Source: Candidatus Poribacteria bacterium
Lineage (GTDB): Bacteria; Poribacteria; WGA-4E; PCPOR2b
DNA length: 64,000 nucleotides
NCBI GenBank assembly: GCA_965220385.1
Contig: OZ244825.1
Coordinates: forward strand, 777,142-841,141
Reading direction: 5' to 3'
The position numbers and the translations under genes are program-made. The notes beneath the pieces were generated by a model that worked only from the letters and a program-made list of their open reading frames with translations, ran no database searches and was not told the origin of the DNA. Positions 26,521 to 37,210 of this stretch are shown in pieces (position 1 is the stretch's first letter; every line of letters begins with the position of its first letter).

Positions 26521-28356
26521 TTATTTCAGAATTACCATCTTTCGTGTGAAGGAATAATCGTCTGTGCGCAGCTGATAGAAATAGACCCCACTCCCCACCG
26601 GCTCGCCTAAATGGTTGCGGCCGTCCCAATACGCCGCTCGTGCCCTATCTGTGTAATACCCCGCCTGCTGATACCCTAAATCTAATTCACGCACCAATAC
26701 CCCTTGAGTGTCATAAATGGTAAGCGTCACATCGGCAGCATGAGCGAGTTGATACGGAATCCATGTCTCTGGATTAAACGGGTTTGGATAGTTGTGCAGC
26801 AATGCCGTCTCCGCCGGTATTTCATACGCGACCAGCGCTGGCAACTGAATAAGTCCGTGCCTTACATCTTCAGCGGTTACTGTATATTGGAGTGGCTCTA
26901 CACCAACTAACGGATTTGAAGATTGAGCAGAGATTTCAAGGATATCTCCGATCATAGCCGCTCGCCCCCTCTCTAAATCAACGTCCGTGAGTTGATAGCC
27001 TATCCCATCCGAGCCCCAATTATCTGTGTGAGGGCGGTGTGCGCCTCTTGCTACAGTGGTGACCGTTCTGCCGGTTGCGCGGTTCTTCACAGTGAGCCGG
27101 AAGCTTGTTGTGTTCAACCCCCTTCCGCTACCAGCAACCGAACCTCTCAACGCCAAAATAGGTGTCATATCGTCCACTTGGATACCCTTCAACGATACCG
27201 GCGGTGCGCCACCCACTTCTGGCAAGTTGCTCCATGCATCGCCGGAGGTTTTAACCTCCTCGCTCTGTAGAGCGTTCAGGATAAAGGCTTGCCCCCCGGA
27301 GATCTCTATATCTCCAGGATCTCCCGCCCGTCCAACTAACTTGAACTCCCCGCCATCGGTGAGGATTATTACAGGGACATTGCCCCCAATCCCATCGAGC
27401 GTAAATAGATCGCTCACACGCGCTATTCCCGGCTCTTTCAACGGCAGACCCACAACGTTGAGACCCCGGTTTAAGGTTATGGTACTCATCCCGTCTGTTC
27501 CTAACGCACTCCCTCGCAGACGAAGCGACAGCACCGGTTCTTTCAAATTGACCATAACCCCTTTCTCGTCAGTCAATCTCGCGTTCGCGGGACCATCTCT
27601 GTCGACAGCACCGAAGTAGCTGCGCCATTCCTGTGTTTGGGAGTCATAGGTGATGAGGTAAGTGACTTTTGACGCGCCACCGAGTGCGTCGTACAGATCG
27701 CTGATAGATTCGATAGTCCGTGCCACTCCACCAACGGCATTCACCTTCAGCGGCACATGGATCAAACTGATACCTTCCGGTATCGACAGTTTGAATTCCG
27801 CATCACTTGCCGAGGCAGCGGTTGAAGTGATAGTCGCCCCTGTAATCGAAGCGATTTTAATTTCCTGTGCCGTTCGACTCCCAATCACAACACGCTCAAA
27901 TCCGATCATCGTTTCTGTTTCGGCTAATACCTTGAACCTTGCTACGGCGAGGGTCCCATCACCATCTCCCGCCCCGGTCATAGCGAACGCAGCGTATCTC
28001 ACTGAACCGTCCCCAACTACAGCCGGTATCGTATATACATCGGACACGGGGTAGTCTGGATCACTTACAGACTCCAGTTCGGTTGGGGGGAACATAAGTG
28101 TGCCCTCATCGCCAGCGAGATAGTCCGCATTTTCAATACTTATAAATTCCAGTTCAGTTGGACTAAAGGTGAGTGTGAAATCATAGCCAGCGACGTTAGA
28201 TCCGCCAGTGATATTAATGGAAAATTCAACTTCATCACCCACCGCGGGCATATTTGAGCTGGGCTCGGCTGAGATGTCCACTTGTGCGAATCCTGTTGAT
28301 GCAACCGAGAGCCATATCAAAGGTAATAAACTAAAACGAAAGAGTTGCTTGCTCAT
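26521..28356 (-). CDS. Secreted cohesin-domain protein with FlgD-Ig/T9SS-like C-terminal domain
   Basis: Signal peptide; VGDEVEFSINI...GYDFTLTFSPTELE (cohesin); C-terminal ~420 aa closely similar to 41783-45250. Confidence 0.8.
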   Translation of the reverse strand: MSKQLFRFSLLPLIWLSVASTGFAQVDISAEPSSNMPAVGDEVEFSINITGGSNVAGYDFTLTFSPTELEFISIENADYLAGDEGTLMFPPTELESVSDPDYPVSDVYTIPAVVGDGSVRYAAFAMTGAGDGDGTLAVARFKVLAETETMIGFERVVIGSRTAQEIKIASITGATITSTAASASDAEFKLSIPEGISLIHVPLKVNAVGGVARTIESISDLYDALGGASKVTYLITYDSQTQEWRSYFGAVDRDGPANARLTDEKGVMVNLKEPVLSLRLRGSALGTDGMSTITLNRGLNVVGLPLKEPGIARVSDLFTLDGIGGNVPVIILTDGGEFKLVGRAGDPGDIEISGGQAFILNALQSEEVKTSGDAWSNLPEVGGAPPVSLKGIQVDDMTPILALRGSVAGSGRGLNTTSFRLTVKNRATGRTVTTVARGAHRPHTDNWGSDGIGYQLTDVDLERGRAAMIGDILEISAQSSNPLVGVEPLQYTVTAEDVRHGLIQLPALVAYEIPAETALLHNYPNPFNPETWIPYQLAHAADVTLTIYDTQGVLVRELDLGYQQAGYYTDRARAAYWDGRNHLGEPVGSGVYFYQLRTDDYSFTRKMVILK

Positions 28357-28413
28357 GATTTTGCTTCCTTTACAGTTTAGAGTGAGATAGTCATGCAATT
28401 CATCAAAAGTGAT

Positions 28414-29340
28414 TCAAAATGCCTTCAGCTGCACCACAGTTTCCGCGTCAAGATCGCCTATCTCAACCACAGATAGATTCTCCCTTACTTCATCCACAGT
28501 CTTCATTCCTATAACCGCAGCGCTGATCCGTGGTTCTGATAACACAAACTGCACCGCCAACCGCCGCAATGCCACAAGGTCGTTATCCACGTACTCGCGC
28601 ACCTGCTCAAGCCGATTCAATACCAAATTTCGCCGTGCCTCTGTCCAGTCCCACGCCCATAAAAGCCCCTTCTCCACCCGCTCAAGCACCAGTTCCAGTG
28701 GAAGCGACAGAAAGCCTTGATAAAACACACCGCCCATCACTACCCCGACATTGTGAGCCACCGCTTGTGGTAGGAGCGCTTCTGCCGCGCTCCAATCCAA
28801 TAGATTAAAACGGTTGAAGCTGAGGGCGACATCGAGTTCTCCTGTCTCTACTGCTGCAGTTACCTCGGCGAGCCGACCGCTCACCCCTATGAATCGTACC
28901 CGCCCCTCCCGCTGTAGTTGTCGCAAGCCGTCCACCATTCCGCTGGGGCGGAGAATCTTCTCAACTGCGGCTGCACCTTCGCCAAGGTGTTGGATATCGT
29001 GTGCCAGCACCACATCTACGTGGGAACGCCGCAACGCCGCCAAGCTCTCTTCAACACCCGCAATTGTGCCTGCTGCCGTTGGGTTTTGGCGGGGAGAAAT
29101 TTTCGTGCAAACGATACAATCACCTGTGTAATCTGCCAGTGCCTTCCCGATGATATCTTCGCTCGGACCATAGTGGCGTGACGTGTCGATATAGTTGACA
29201 CCAGCTTCGAGCGCGGTGTGGATCGCAGCAATAGCGTCCCCCTCATCGAAAGGACCGTGACTGGTGCCTGCGTAGACTGCCCCGCCCAATCCGATTTCCG
29301 ATACCTCAAGTCCTGTCCGCCCTAACGTCCTATAGCGCAT
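28414..29340 (-). CDS. Aldo/keto reductase
   Basis: LGRTGLEVSEIGLG, IDTSRHYG.SE, CTK and RFIGVS. Confidence 0.9.
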   Translation of the reverse strand: MRYRTLGRTGLEVSEIGLGGAVYAGTSHGPFDEGDAIAAIHTALEAGVNYIDTSRHYGPSEDIIGKALADYTGDCIVCTKISPRQNPTAAGTIAGVEESLAALRRSHVDVVLAHDIQHLGEGAAAVEKILRPSGMVDGLRQLQREGRVRFIGVSGRLAEVTAAVETGELDVALSFNRFNLLDWSAAEALLPQAVAHNVGVVMGGVFYQGFLSLPLELVLERVEKGLLWAWDWTEARRNLVLNRLEQVREYVDNDLVALRRLAVQFVLSEPRISAAVIGMKTVDEVRENLSVVEIGDLDAETVVQLKAF

Positions 29341-29379
29341 TGAGTTATCTCCTCTGTTTTGGGAGGGTTATCTGTTTAA

Positions 29380-29410
29380 GAAACCGGGTTTTTGAAATAA
29401 CTCGGTGTCT
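29380..29410. repeat. REP-like palindrome family GAAACCGAGTTTT-N-AAAACTCGGTTTC
   Basis: Copies at ~29,380, ~47,035 (half), ~50,332, ~52,716 and ~62,049, all intergenic. Confidence 0.75.
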
Positions 29411-29421
29411 CTAAGGTGTGC

Positions 29422-30495
29422 TTACCGGATAAACACACCAGCTCGCGCAGCGATGTCAATTGCCTTGCGCGCATCTATCACCCGCGGTCCATTAAGATTC
29501 AACCGCACACGAGCAGTGGCACCCTGGCGCAGTTCAATTTCGCGTTCACCGTCAAGCGCAAGCACACACGGCTGTTGATGTTTGACAATAACCATTTCCT
29601 CCACGTCCAAAGGTCGACATTCCGCCAAACTGACCTCGCTCAGGAGACCGGGGGCGATGGTAGCGAGCACGCGCTGCCCTTCCGAGCCCAGGCGGAGATA
29701 CAAACCCTGCTCCGGAGAATCCAACCGAATCTGAGCGTGAGCACCGATCGACGACAGTCCGATACTGCCCGGTTCGACGCGAGTCAAAAAGAGTTCGTTG
29801 ATTTTTGATGCATCCCAGATAGCACGAGAAGCGACAAATCGTTCATTATAGACAGCCACATCTACCAGCGCGATGTCATCAGGCGTTTCGCTGTTAACGG
29901 AATCTTTCCCCCGATCGTTCTCGTCAGGTTTCTCGCAAAAGATGTCCAAACGGGGTGCCCGTTGCACCGCCGCATCTGCTTCGCCGCACATCACTAACCC
30001 CGCAGCCATTCCCGCGACTGTACCCTCCAGCATCGTCGGAAAAACGTTGTTAGTCCCCGTGGAGATGGGCATGAGAGGCACATCGCCACACCCTTTGGCT
30101 ACCGCGCGGTTGGTGCCATCCCCACCCAACGTGATGATGCAGCCCACTCCCTCCGTTGCCATGAGCGCAGCCGCCTGCGTCGAGTCGCGTTGGCTGAAGG
30201 TTTTGAGCATAGGGAGGATTTTAACATCGAGCCCTATCTGTAGCCCATCAAGTGCCTTGTGTCCGATGCTAAACGAGTCGGGCATCACAAACACCCGCTT
30301 AGCGCCTACCGCTTCGAGCCCCATCAATACACGGCGCACGATGTTGACCTTTTCATCATTGTTGAACACCGCGCCATGGGCAACAAGTCGGCGAATGTCT
30401 CTACCTGATGCTGGGTTTGCGATAATGCCGACGCTATTTGTGCTATCTATTCGCATATTGGATAACTCGATGGAAACGTGATCTTCACCGATCAC
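29422..30495 (-). CDS. ATP-NAD kinase family / acetoin catabolism AcoX-like protein
   Basis: GIIANPASGRDIRRLVA, LGGDGTNR, STGTNNVFP and ALDGERE. Confidence 0.85.
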   Translation of the reverse strand: MIGEDHVSIELSNMRIDSTNSVGIIANPASGRDIRRLVAHGAVFNNDEKVNIVRRVLMGLEAVGAKRVFVMPDSFSIGHKALDGLQIGLDVKILPMLKTFSQRDSTQAAALMATEGVGCIITLGGDGTNRAVAKGCGDVPLMPISTGTNNVFPTMLEGTVAGMAAGLVMCGEADAAVQRAPRLDIFCEKPDENDRGKDSVNSETPDDIALVDVAVYNERFVASRAIWDASKINELFLTRVEPGSIGLSSIGAHAQIRLDSPEQGLYLRLGSEGQRVLATIAPGLLSEVSLAECRPLDVEEMVIVKHQQPCVLALDGEREIELRQGATARVRLNLNGPRVIDARKAIDIAARAGVFIR

Positions 30496-30719
30496 AACGT
30501 TGGGTGTTGTTTCTTGGGGTTAGGGATGGGAGAATAACCGTATCGGAAGATTATAGCATAATCTCTTTCTATTTTCTGCCTATTTTTTCGTTCGACCTGT
30601 TTCTGAACTTTTTCGTTTAATTTCTAAGGCAACCGTGCTACAATTTTGATCGTTGTTGGGGCGCGTCGGTTCATGTGCAGCTCCCTTTATCTGTGCGTTC
30701 CCACTCAGGAGATGGAACC

Positions 30720-31847
30720 ATGACACTGTCCGTATGGCAGGATGTACCTGAACCCATTCAGGCGGAACACGACGATGTCGTGATCGGTGCCGGCATTGTG
30801 GGCGCTTATACTGCGACCCTGCTTTGTGAACGAGGACGCGATGTTGCGCTCGTCGATGCCCGTTTTCCAGCCGCTGGAGCGTCTGGTCGAAACGCGGGGT
30901 TCGTATTAACATCACAACGCGAACCGTATCCAGTGCTTATTGAGCAGGTGGGCCGCGAAGCTGCCCGCGAAATCATGGACATGGTGCGCGAAAATGTGAT
31001 CCGGATGCGCTCGTTGGCGAACCACTTCGCCGTCCCGCTTGAGGATGGTGCAGCACATCTCGCGGAGACCCACGCCGAAGCCCGTGAATTGGAACGCTGG
31101 GCGCGTGCCCTTGAAGCCGACAGCGCGACGGTAGACTTTTCCTACAGCGATCCCTACGGGTCATCAGGCTACATCGCGACCATGCAGATCGAAAACGATT
31201 TCATGGTGCAGCCTGCACGATTGACCGAAGCGATCGCCGCCTCCGCTGGTGCCACACTCTATGACCACAATGAGGTATATGCCATTGAATCGGCGGGTGA
31301 ATCCCTCCTTGTCCACGGGCGCCGGGCGCATATTCGGTGTCGTAAAATCTATGTCGCCACCAACGGCTACGGATGCGATCTGCACCCATACCTGCGACGT
31401 ATTGTCCGACCCGTGCGGGGACAGATAACGGTGACGACACCGGTCGAACCTTTAATCAGTATTGCGGGTATTACCGAGAACCACTATTTCCGCCAATTCC
31501 CCGACGGACGGCTCTTCATCGGAGGCGCGCGAGCGTTCTTCGAAGCACAGGAGTACACCGCCGAAGATGCCATAACGCCAGATCTACACGTGAACCTTGT
31601 AAACTATCTACGGTTGTGGTTTCCGGGCGTCGATTTTGACGTTGAACGTCAATGGGCGGGTATCCACGGCTTTACACCCGACCGCCGTGTGGCTGTTGGG
31701 TCTTTCCCAAATGAAAAGCGCGTTGTCTTTGCTGTGGGATTCAGCGGTTACGGCAACTCAATTGGCCTTGTCGCTGCCGAGCGCATGGTAGCGTTAGCGT
31801 TGGATGGACGGGACCCCGGTCCCCTCTCTGCCGCCCGCTTTGCCTAA
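30720..31847 (+). CDS. FAD-dependent oxidoreductase (DAO/PuuB-like)
   Basis: VIGAGIVG, GASGRNAG, VATNGY, WAGIHGFTPD and GFSGYG. Confidence 0.88.
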   Translation: MTLSVWQDVPEPIQAEHDDVVIGAGIVGAYTATLLCERGRDVALVDARFPAAGASGRNAGFVLTSQREPYPVLIEQVGREAAREIMDMVRENVIRMRSLANHFAVPLEDGAAHLAETHAEARELERWARALEADSATVDFSYSDPYGSSGYIATMQIENDFMVQPARLTEAIAASAGATLYDHNEVYAIESAGESLLVHGRRAHIRCRKIYVATNGYGCDLHPYLRRIVRPVRGQITVTTPVEPLISIAGITENHYFRQFPDGRLFIGGARAFFEAQEYTAEDAITPDLHVNLVNYLRLWFPGVDFDVERQWAGIHGFTPDRRVAVGSFPNEKRVVFAVGFSGYGNSIGLVAAERMVALALDGRDPGPLSAARFA

Positions 31848-31866
31848 TGCCGCTGCACTTTGCTTT

Positions 31867-32005
31867 ATTATGGTGAATTAGGGAAATAAGTGGACATTTA
31901 CCAATCCTCCGACACTCGTGCAGTGTCCCAAGTCCCCCTGACAAGGGGGATTTAGGGGGTTGGCTGTGTATTGAAAGTGTCTAAGTAATTGTAAAATCTA
32001 CCATA
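31867..32005. mobile_element. Putative MITE containing a CCCCCTGACAAGGGGGATTTAGGGGG repeat
   Basis: Ends TTATGGT...ACCATAA; the internal repeat recurs at ~51,692-51,723. Confidence 0.45.
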
Positions 32006-32156
32006 AAACACCGATTCAATCGTCGTTTCTGAGTGCCGCTCGCAGTGGATTGGCAAACCCACTCCACAGATTCAGGTGTACACGCCTACCATTTGCGACT
32101 TCCGCTATACTGCAAGAGCGGTTAAATTGTCGTTTCTATTGAGATTCCAGGAGGAA

Positions 32157-33914
32157 ATGCTGGTGCAAACCCCAGACCGAGTCGATCCAATCACATTTGA
32201 AGTTATCCGCAACGCGCTGTTGGAAGCAACCGAGGAAATGACAATCGCGCTGCGGCGTAGCGCGTATTCAACCAACATCAAGACCCGTGCGGACTTCTCC
32301 TGTGCCTTTTTCGATCGCGAGCTGCGGTTGGTGGTGCAATCCTTCGGTCAGCCCACTCACTTGGGATCATTGGTCGAATTAGTCCCGAAAGCTATTATCG
32401 ACTACGGGGTCGAAAACATCGGACCGGGCGATACCCTCTTGGTCAACGACCCGTATGGAGGCGGTGGCCACCTCAACGACATCACCCTCATTACCCCTGT
32501 CTACTACAACGATGAGCCGTTCGGTTATGTCGCCAATGTCGCCCATCATGTCGATGTAGGTGGCGGTGCACCGGCAAGTGTCGGCGCGTTCCGTGAGGTC
32601 TATCAAGAAGGAGTCATCATCCCGCCCGTAAAATTAGTGCAGGCAGGAGAAATGCGATCCGATATCTTTCGACTGGTGCTGTCGCAGATTCGGTCGAAAC
32701 GCGAAACGGGCGGCGACTTTCGGGCACAGGTGGCGGCAAACACCACCGGGATGCGTCGGTTGCGTGCAATTATGGATCGGATGGGAGCGGAAACCTTCGC
32801 GTTCTATATCGACGAGCTGATCGCTTATGCCGAGAGACGCACCCGTGCAGAGGTTGCCAAGCTGCCGCACGGTGTCTATACCGCCGACGGTTACGTTGAC
32901 ACCGATGGCTTTACCGATGAACCGGTACACCTCGTGGCGAAGATGGTGGTCGACGAGGACGGTATGTTCTTTGATCTGACCGGCTGCGACCCGCAGCGAC
33001 GGGCGCCGGTGAACTCCACCTACGCCCAGACCTTCTCCGGCTGTGCGTATGTCCTCAAGTGCCTAATCGATCCCGATATACCGACCAATGCGGGTTTCTA
33101 CGGGTTCGTGCGGATGCTCGCTCCCGAAGGGACGGTGGCAAATAGTACGCCGCCCGCCCCGGTCGTGGGTGGCTGGGAGACGCAGACCCGGTTGATCGAT
33201 GTGATGTTCAAGGCGCTATCGCCGGTGATGCCGGAGCGGGTGCCAGCCGGTACGAAAGCCATGATGTGTCACGCCGGGTTCGGTGGAGCAGACCCGCGCA
33301 CAGGAGAATATTACTGTTTTCTGGAGACGATGGCTGGCGGGTTTGGCGGGCGGATTGCCAGCGACGGTCCCGACGCCGTACAGACGCACGGGCAGAACAC
33401 CGAGAATGCTCCCATTGAGGAGACCGAAACAAACTATCCTGTACGCATCACGCGTTACGAGTTAGTGAACGATTCAGATGGTGCGGGCAAGCATCGCGGC
33501 GGGTTAGGGCTACGTCGTGATTACGAATTTCTCGACCATGAACCCTCCTTCACTATCTTGGCAGATCGTGACCGTTGGGGACCCTGGGGATTGTTCGGCG
33601 GGCAGCCGGGCCTCAAGGCAAGTTACATCCTAAACCCTGACACGGAGCCTGTCGAACTCAGTTCCAAAGTGACCGTCCAACTTCAACCGGGAGAAATAAT
33701 GAGCTACCGTACCTGCGGCGGCGGGGGATACGGTCCGCCCGAAGAACGCGATCCGGATATGGTGTGCCGCGACGTGCGCGACGGTAAGGTGAGTCTTGAG
33801 CGGGCGAGAGAGGTTTATAAGGTTGTGGTTGATACCCAGTCGTGGACGGTGGCTGAGGCAGAGACAGAGCGGTTGCGCGCCAGCGGAGCGGAGGATTCTG
33901 ATAATGAGTCTTAA
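32157..33914 (+). CDS. Hydantoinase B/oxoprolinase family protein (copy 1)
   Basis: DPITFEVIR, RSAYSTNI, NDPYGGGGHLND, HHVDVGG and TCGGGGYG. Confidence 0.92.
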   Translation: MLVQTPDRVDPITFEVIRNALLEATEEMTIALRRSAYSTNIKTRADFSCAFFDRELRLVVQSFGQPTHLGSLVELVPKAIIDYGVENIGPGDTLLVNDPYGGGGHLNDITLITPVYYNDEPFGYVANVAHHVDVGGGAPASVGAFREVYQEGVIIPPVKLVQAGEMRSDIFRLVLSQIRSKRETGGDFRAQVAANTTGMRRLRAIMDRMGAETFAFYIDELIAYAERRTRAEVAKLPHGVYTADGYVDTDGFTDEPVHLVAKMVVDEDGMFFDLTGCDPQRRAPVNSTYAQTFSGCAYVLKCLIDPDIPTNAGFYGFVRMLAPEGTVANSTPPAPVVGGWETQTRLIDVMFKALSPVMPERVPAGTKAMMCHAGFGGADPRTGEYYCFLETMAGGFGGRIASDGPDAVQTHGQNTENAPIEETETNYPVRITRYELVNDSDGAGKHRGGLGLRRDYEFLDHEPSFTILADRDRWGPWGLFGGQPGLKASYILNPDTEPVELSSKVTVQLQPGEIMSYRTCGGGGYGPPEERDPDMVCRDVRDGKVSLERAREVYKVVVDTQSWTVAEAETERLRASGAEDSDNES

Positions 33915-34644
33915 ACATGGCGATGGCTGGAATATACCAGCGGACAACCCCTTTTATCCACGGCTACCAGCGGTCTATCGGAATGTGCGGTTTCAGTTTA
34001 TCTTCTTCCATGCCGATCCAATCGCTGTCCAAGGCTTTCTTCCAGAGCCTCTGGAAGCTGCAGAGGACGGTTTGTGCGTGGCTTCGGGGTTGGAGGTGCC
34101 GTTCTGCACAAACTATGGACCCTTCCAAGAATCTTTTATTGTGATGAAATGCCGTTTCAGGGATCAGACCGGATTTTATTGCTCCCACGTTTTTCATGAC
34201 GGTCCGGCGGGTATCGCTGCAGGCAGGGAAATTTACGGGACGCCGAAGGTGTACGCGGGGCTGAAGGTAACGCAGGCGGATCGGTGCATGGTTACGCAGA
34301 CATCGCTCGGGGGTGTGCCGGTATTGAATCTCAGTTCCAGCATGGAAACCGCCGTCTCCCACGATGCGATGCCCTCTCTGACCCCGGCTTGGCGATTGAA
34401 GGTTATTCCACGAGCGGACGGTCCGGGACCCGCGATCAAACAGTTAGTCGATTGCAGCGAAACGACTCAGGATTTAGAGGTGCACTTCACCGCAAAGGGG
34501 CAAGGCAGGATCATTCTGGGCGCTTCCCCGTTGTGTGATCTCACCCCTCTCGCGCCGTTAGAATACGGAGATGCCTACTACATGGAGAGCAGCTACTCCG
34601 AGGGATATGCACAGATCGTCTACGACTATTTGAGGGACGAGTAA
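33904..34644 (+). CDS. Acetoacetate decarboxylase-like superfamily protein
   Basis: FLPEPLE, YGPFQE, AGREIYGTPK (Schiff-base Lys motif), LKVIP and KQLV. Confidence 0.85.
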   Translation: MSLKHGDGWNIPADNPFYPRLPAVYRNVRFQFIFFHADPIAVQGFLPEPLEAAEDGLCVASGLEVPFCTNYGPFQESFIVMKCRFRDQTGFYCSHVFHDGPAGIAAGREIYGTPKVYAGLKVTQADRCMVTQTSLGGVPVLNLSSSMETAVSHDAMPSLTPAWRLKVIPRADGPGPAIKQLVDCSETTQDLEVHFTAKGQGRIILGASPLCDLTPLAPLEYGDAYYMESSYSEGYAQIVYDYLRDE

Positions 34645-34657
34645 CGGGGAGAGACAG

Positions 34658-35503
34658 ATGGCGAAGGTCAAATCAGAAGCAGCCGCCGACGCTTCGGAGA
34701 CGAAAGAACGATATACACTAGGGTATTCGCCGCAAACGATCCAGCAGCTTCAGAGACGCACCGCAGCGAACGAGGCGGGGTTTCTCCTTCCCCACCTGAG
34801 TGCTGGTATGCGTCTCTTAGATTGCGGTTGTGGTCCCGGTAGCATTACCGCTGGATTGGCGGAAGCTGTCGCGCCCGGTCAAGCCGTGGGAGTTGATATT
34901 GAACCCAATCAGTATAGGTCCGCGTGGTTGCAGGCGGCTAAAGCCACAGGAATCAACCTCCACTTTGGATGCGCCGATGTCTATCGTCTCCCTTTTTCTG
35001 ATAGCTCATTTGATGCGGCGTTTCTGCACAATGTGTTGAGCCATCTTCGGCAGCCCCTTAATATTCTCAAGGGGATATACCGGCTTTTGCGCCCGGGCGG
35101 TGTGATCGGTATCAGCCATCCCGATTTTAGTGGACGACTCATCAGTCCTTCGGATCTACTGCTGGATAGAGACCACGAACTTTATTGGCGATTGGTTGAA
35201 CATAACGGTGGCAACCCTGCTATCGGTAAACACCAACGCACTCTGCTGCACGACGCCGGATTTGTTCGAGTTGAAGCGGTTGCAAAGTATTCAACCGTTG
35301 GGGCGCAAGGTGGAGTGCGGAGGCGTGGTGGACTCGGTGGGCGGATGGATAGCGGATCGGCTATCGCGCAACAGATGATCGATTTGGGTTGGACAGATCG
35401 CGCTGAATTGGAGCGGATAACCATCGCTTGGCGAAAATGGAGCGAGCATCCCGGCGCGTTTATGGCAAATGCTACCGTTACAGCGGTGGGTTGGAAGGAA
35501 TAG
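34658..35503 (+). CDS. Class I SAM-dependent methyltransferase
   Basis: LLDCGCGPGSIT, LPFSDSSFD and LRPGG. Confidence 0.9.
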   Translation: MAKVKSEAAADASETKERYTLGYSPQTIQQLQRRTAANEAGFLLPHLSAGMRLLDCGCGPGSITAGLAEAVAPGQAVGVDIEPNQYRSAWLQAAKATGINLHFGCADVYRLPFSDSSFDAAFLHNVLSHLRQPLNILKGIYRLLRPGGVIGISHPDFSGRLISPSDLLLDRDHELYWRLVEHNGGNPAIGKHQRTLLHDAGFVRVEAVAKYSTVGAQGGVRRRGGLGGRMDSGSAIAQQMIDLGWTDRAELERITIAWRKWSEHPGAFMANATVTAVGWKE

Positions 35504-35532
35504 GTTGGATTAACATTGGTTGAGGCGAACAG

Positions 35533-36258
35533 ATGGGAAACAAGCTAAGAATTGGTATCCTCTACCCCCTCTACTCTGCGGAGGACGATTATCCACGGCT
35601 TGCTGCTGCGTTACAACCGCCGGTTGAGGTACGGGTAATTCATACCGATAGCCCAAATCTGCATCGGATCGACGAGAGCCTTATCACCGGCAGTCGGGAA
35701 TACCTGCTGGCGGGTGCGGAGGAGCTACGTCCCCACAATGTGGCTGCCTGCCTATGGGCGTGCACAAGTGCGAGTTTTGCGTTTGGTGTTGAGGGGGCGC
35801 AACGTCAAGCGCAGGACCTGGTGGATGCACTCGGTGTACCGGCATCAAGCACATCGTTGGCGTTTCTCACTGCCAGCAAAGCGCTCGGACTGAAGCGGGT
35901 TGCCGTCGCTGCCACATACCCCGAAGAACTATCAAACGCTTTCCGTGCTTTCTTGGAAACAGGTGGGGTTGAAGTGGTGCACATGGGATGTCTCGGCGTC
36001 TGGACAGGTGACGAGGTCGCTCTGATTGAACGCGAGGAGGTATTACGCTTTGCACGTGCCAACGACCATCCCGATGCCGAAGCGGTTCTCATCCCCGATA
36101 CCGCGTTGCATACCGTTGATTTTCTGCCGGAACTTGAAGCGGCGGTCGGCAAAACAGTGCTGACAGCGAACCAGGTAACGATGTGGGAAGCCTTGCGCCT
36201 AACGAATTGTTTAACACCGCAGTCCAATTTGGGACAATTGATGGCAGTGAAAGCGTGA
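35533..36258 (+). CDS. Maleate isomerase/Asp-Glu racemase family protein
   Basis: WACTSASF, VAVAATYP, PDTALHT and VLTANQVTMW. Confidence 0.85.
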   Translation: MGNKLRIGILYPLYSAEDDYPRLAAALQPPVEVRVIHTDSPNLHRIDESLITGSREYLLAGAEELRPHNVAACLWACTSASFAFGVEGAQRQAQDLVDALGVPASSTSLAFLTASKALGLKRVAVAATYPEELSNAFRAFLETGGVEVVHMGCLGVWTGDEVALIEREEVLRFARANDHPDAEAVLIPDTALHTVDFLPELEAAVGKTVLTANQVTMWEALRLTNCLTPQSNLGQLMAVKA

Positions 36259-36308
36259 TCAACAATTCCAAACTAGCACCAGACCTTATTAGAATCAAGG
36301 AGATCAAA

Positions 36309-36794
36309 ATGGATCGATATATTGAAGTGACTCTTAGAAAGCGTGGTGTGAGTTGTGTTGCGCGGATGCTTGACGACCTTGCCCCGAAGACCTGCGAGGC
36401 GGTGTGGAACGCGCTGCCACAGGAGAGCGATGCCTACCACGCCAAATACGCGAGCAACGAAGTTTATTGTCTTGTCCCGCCCTTTGCACCGAGCGAGATA
36501 GGTCTCGAAAATCCAACAATTATGCCGATCCCCGGCGATCTGCTCTACTTCTTCTTCCCGCCCGGCACCATTACCAGTCCAGCGGTGCGCGAGATTGCCT
36601 ATACTACCGGCATGGTAGACCTCGCGATTTTCTACGGACGCGATAATCTCATCTTCTCGCCCACGATGGGACCCGTCCCCGGTAACCGGTTCGCTGAGGT
36701 CACTGAGAATCTTGAAGAGATGGCGGAGGCATGTAACAGTATTTGGCGCGAGGGATTTGTCGGCGAACGATTAGCGTTTAACCGATTGGAGTAA
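36309..36794 (+). CDS. DUF3830 family (cyclophilin-like fold) protein
   Basis: APKTCEAVWNALP, HAKYASNE, ENPTIMPIPGD and DLAIFYGR. Confidence 0.8.
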   Translation: MDRYIEVTLRKRGVSCVARMLDDLAPKTCEAVWNALPQESDAYHAKYASNEVYCLVPPFAPSEIGLENPTIMPIPGDLLYFFFPPGTITSPAVREIAYTTGMVDLAIFYGRDNLIFSPTMGPVPGNRFAEVTENLEEMAEACNSIWREGFVGERLAFNRLE

Positions 36795-36819
36795 TGGATG
36801 CATTCGTTCAAAGTTTCCT

Positions 36820-37125
36820 TTAGCCCCAGTTGCTTTGAATCCCGCCTGTCCCGATGTATCGGGGATTTATCGGGGCGGGGCGACATGTTTATAGAATTCC
36901 CGATAAATCGAGACTAGGGTGGGAGAGATCTCTGTGGGAGGGGCATCCCTGCCCCGATTATACCAACTCTGATGTTGCAGGCTGCTACAATACCTACTGC
37001 AGAAACATCTACTTATTTTTAGACTTCATTATAGTAGTTCAAAATTTCTTTAGCCCCGGCGGGGCGGCATGTTTATAGAAATCCGGATCGCTAACCGCCA
37101 AAGCCCCGGAGGGGCGACATGTGTG
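36820..37125. repeat. Cluster of nested REP-like repeats
   Basis: TAGCCCC...GGGGCGACATGT unit interrupted by a CCCGATGTATCGGG insert; GTGGGAGGGGCATCCCTGCCCCGA hairpin; intact doublet at 37,050-37,123. Confidence 0.7.
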
Positions 37126-37210
37126 GCATTACGTTAATGTGTGCTAAACCAAGAAACCGCTGCACGTTACCAAAATAAAAAAATCCGATACGCTTAGGTT
37201 AAGCCAGACT

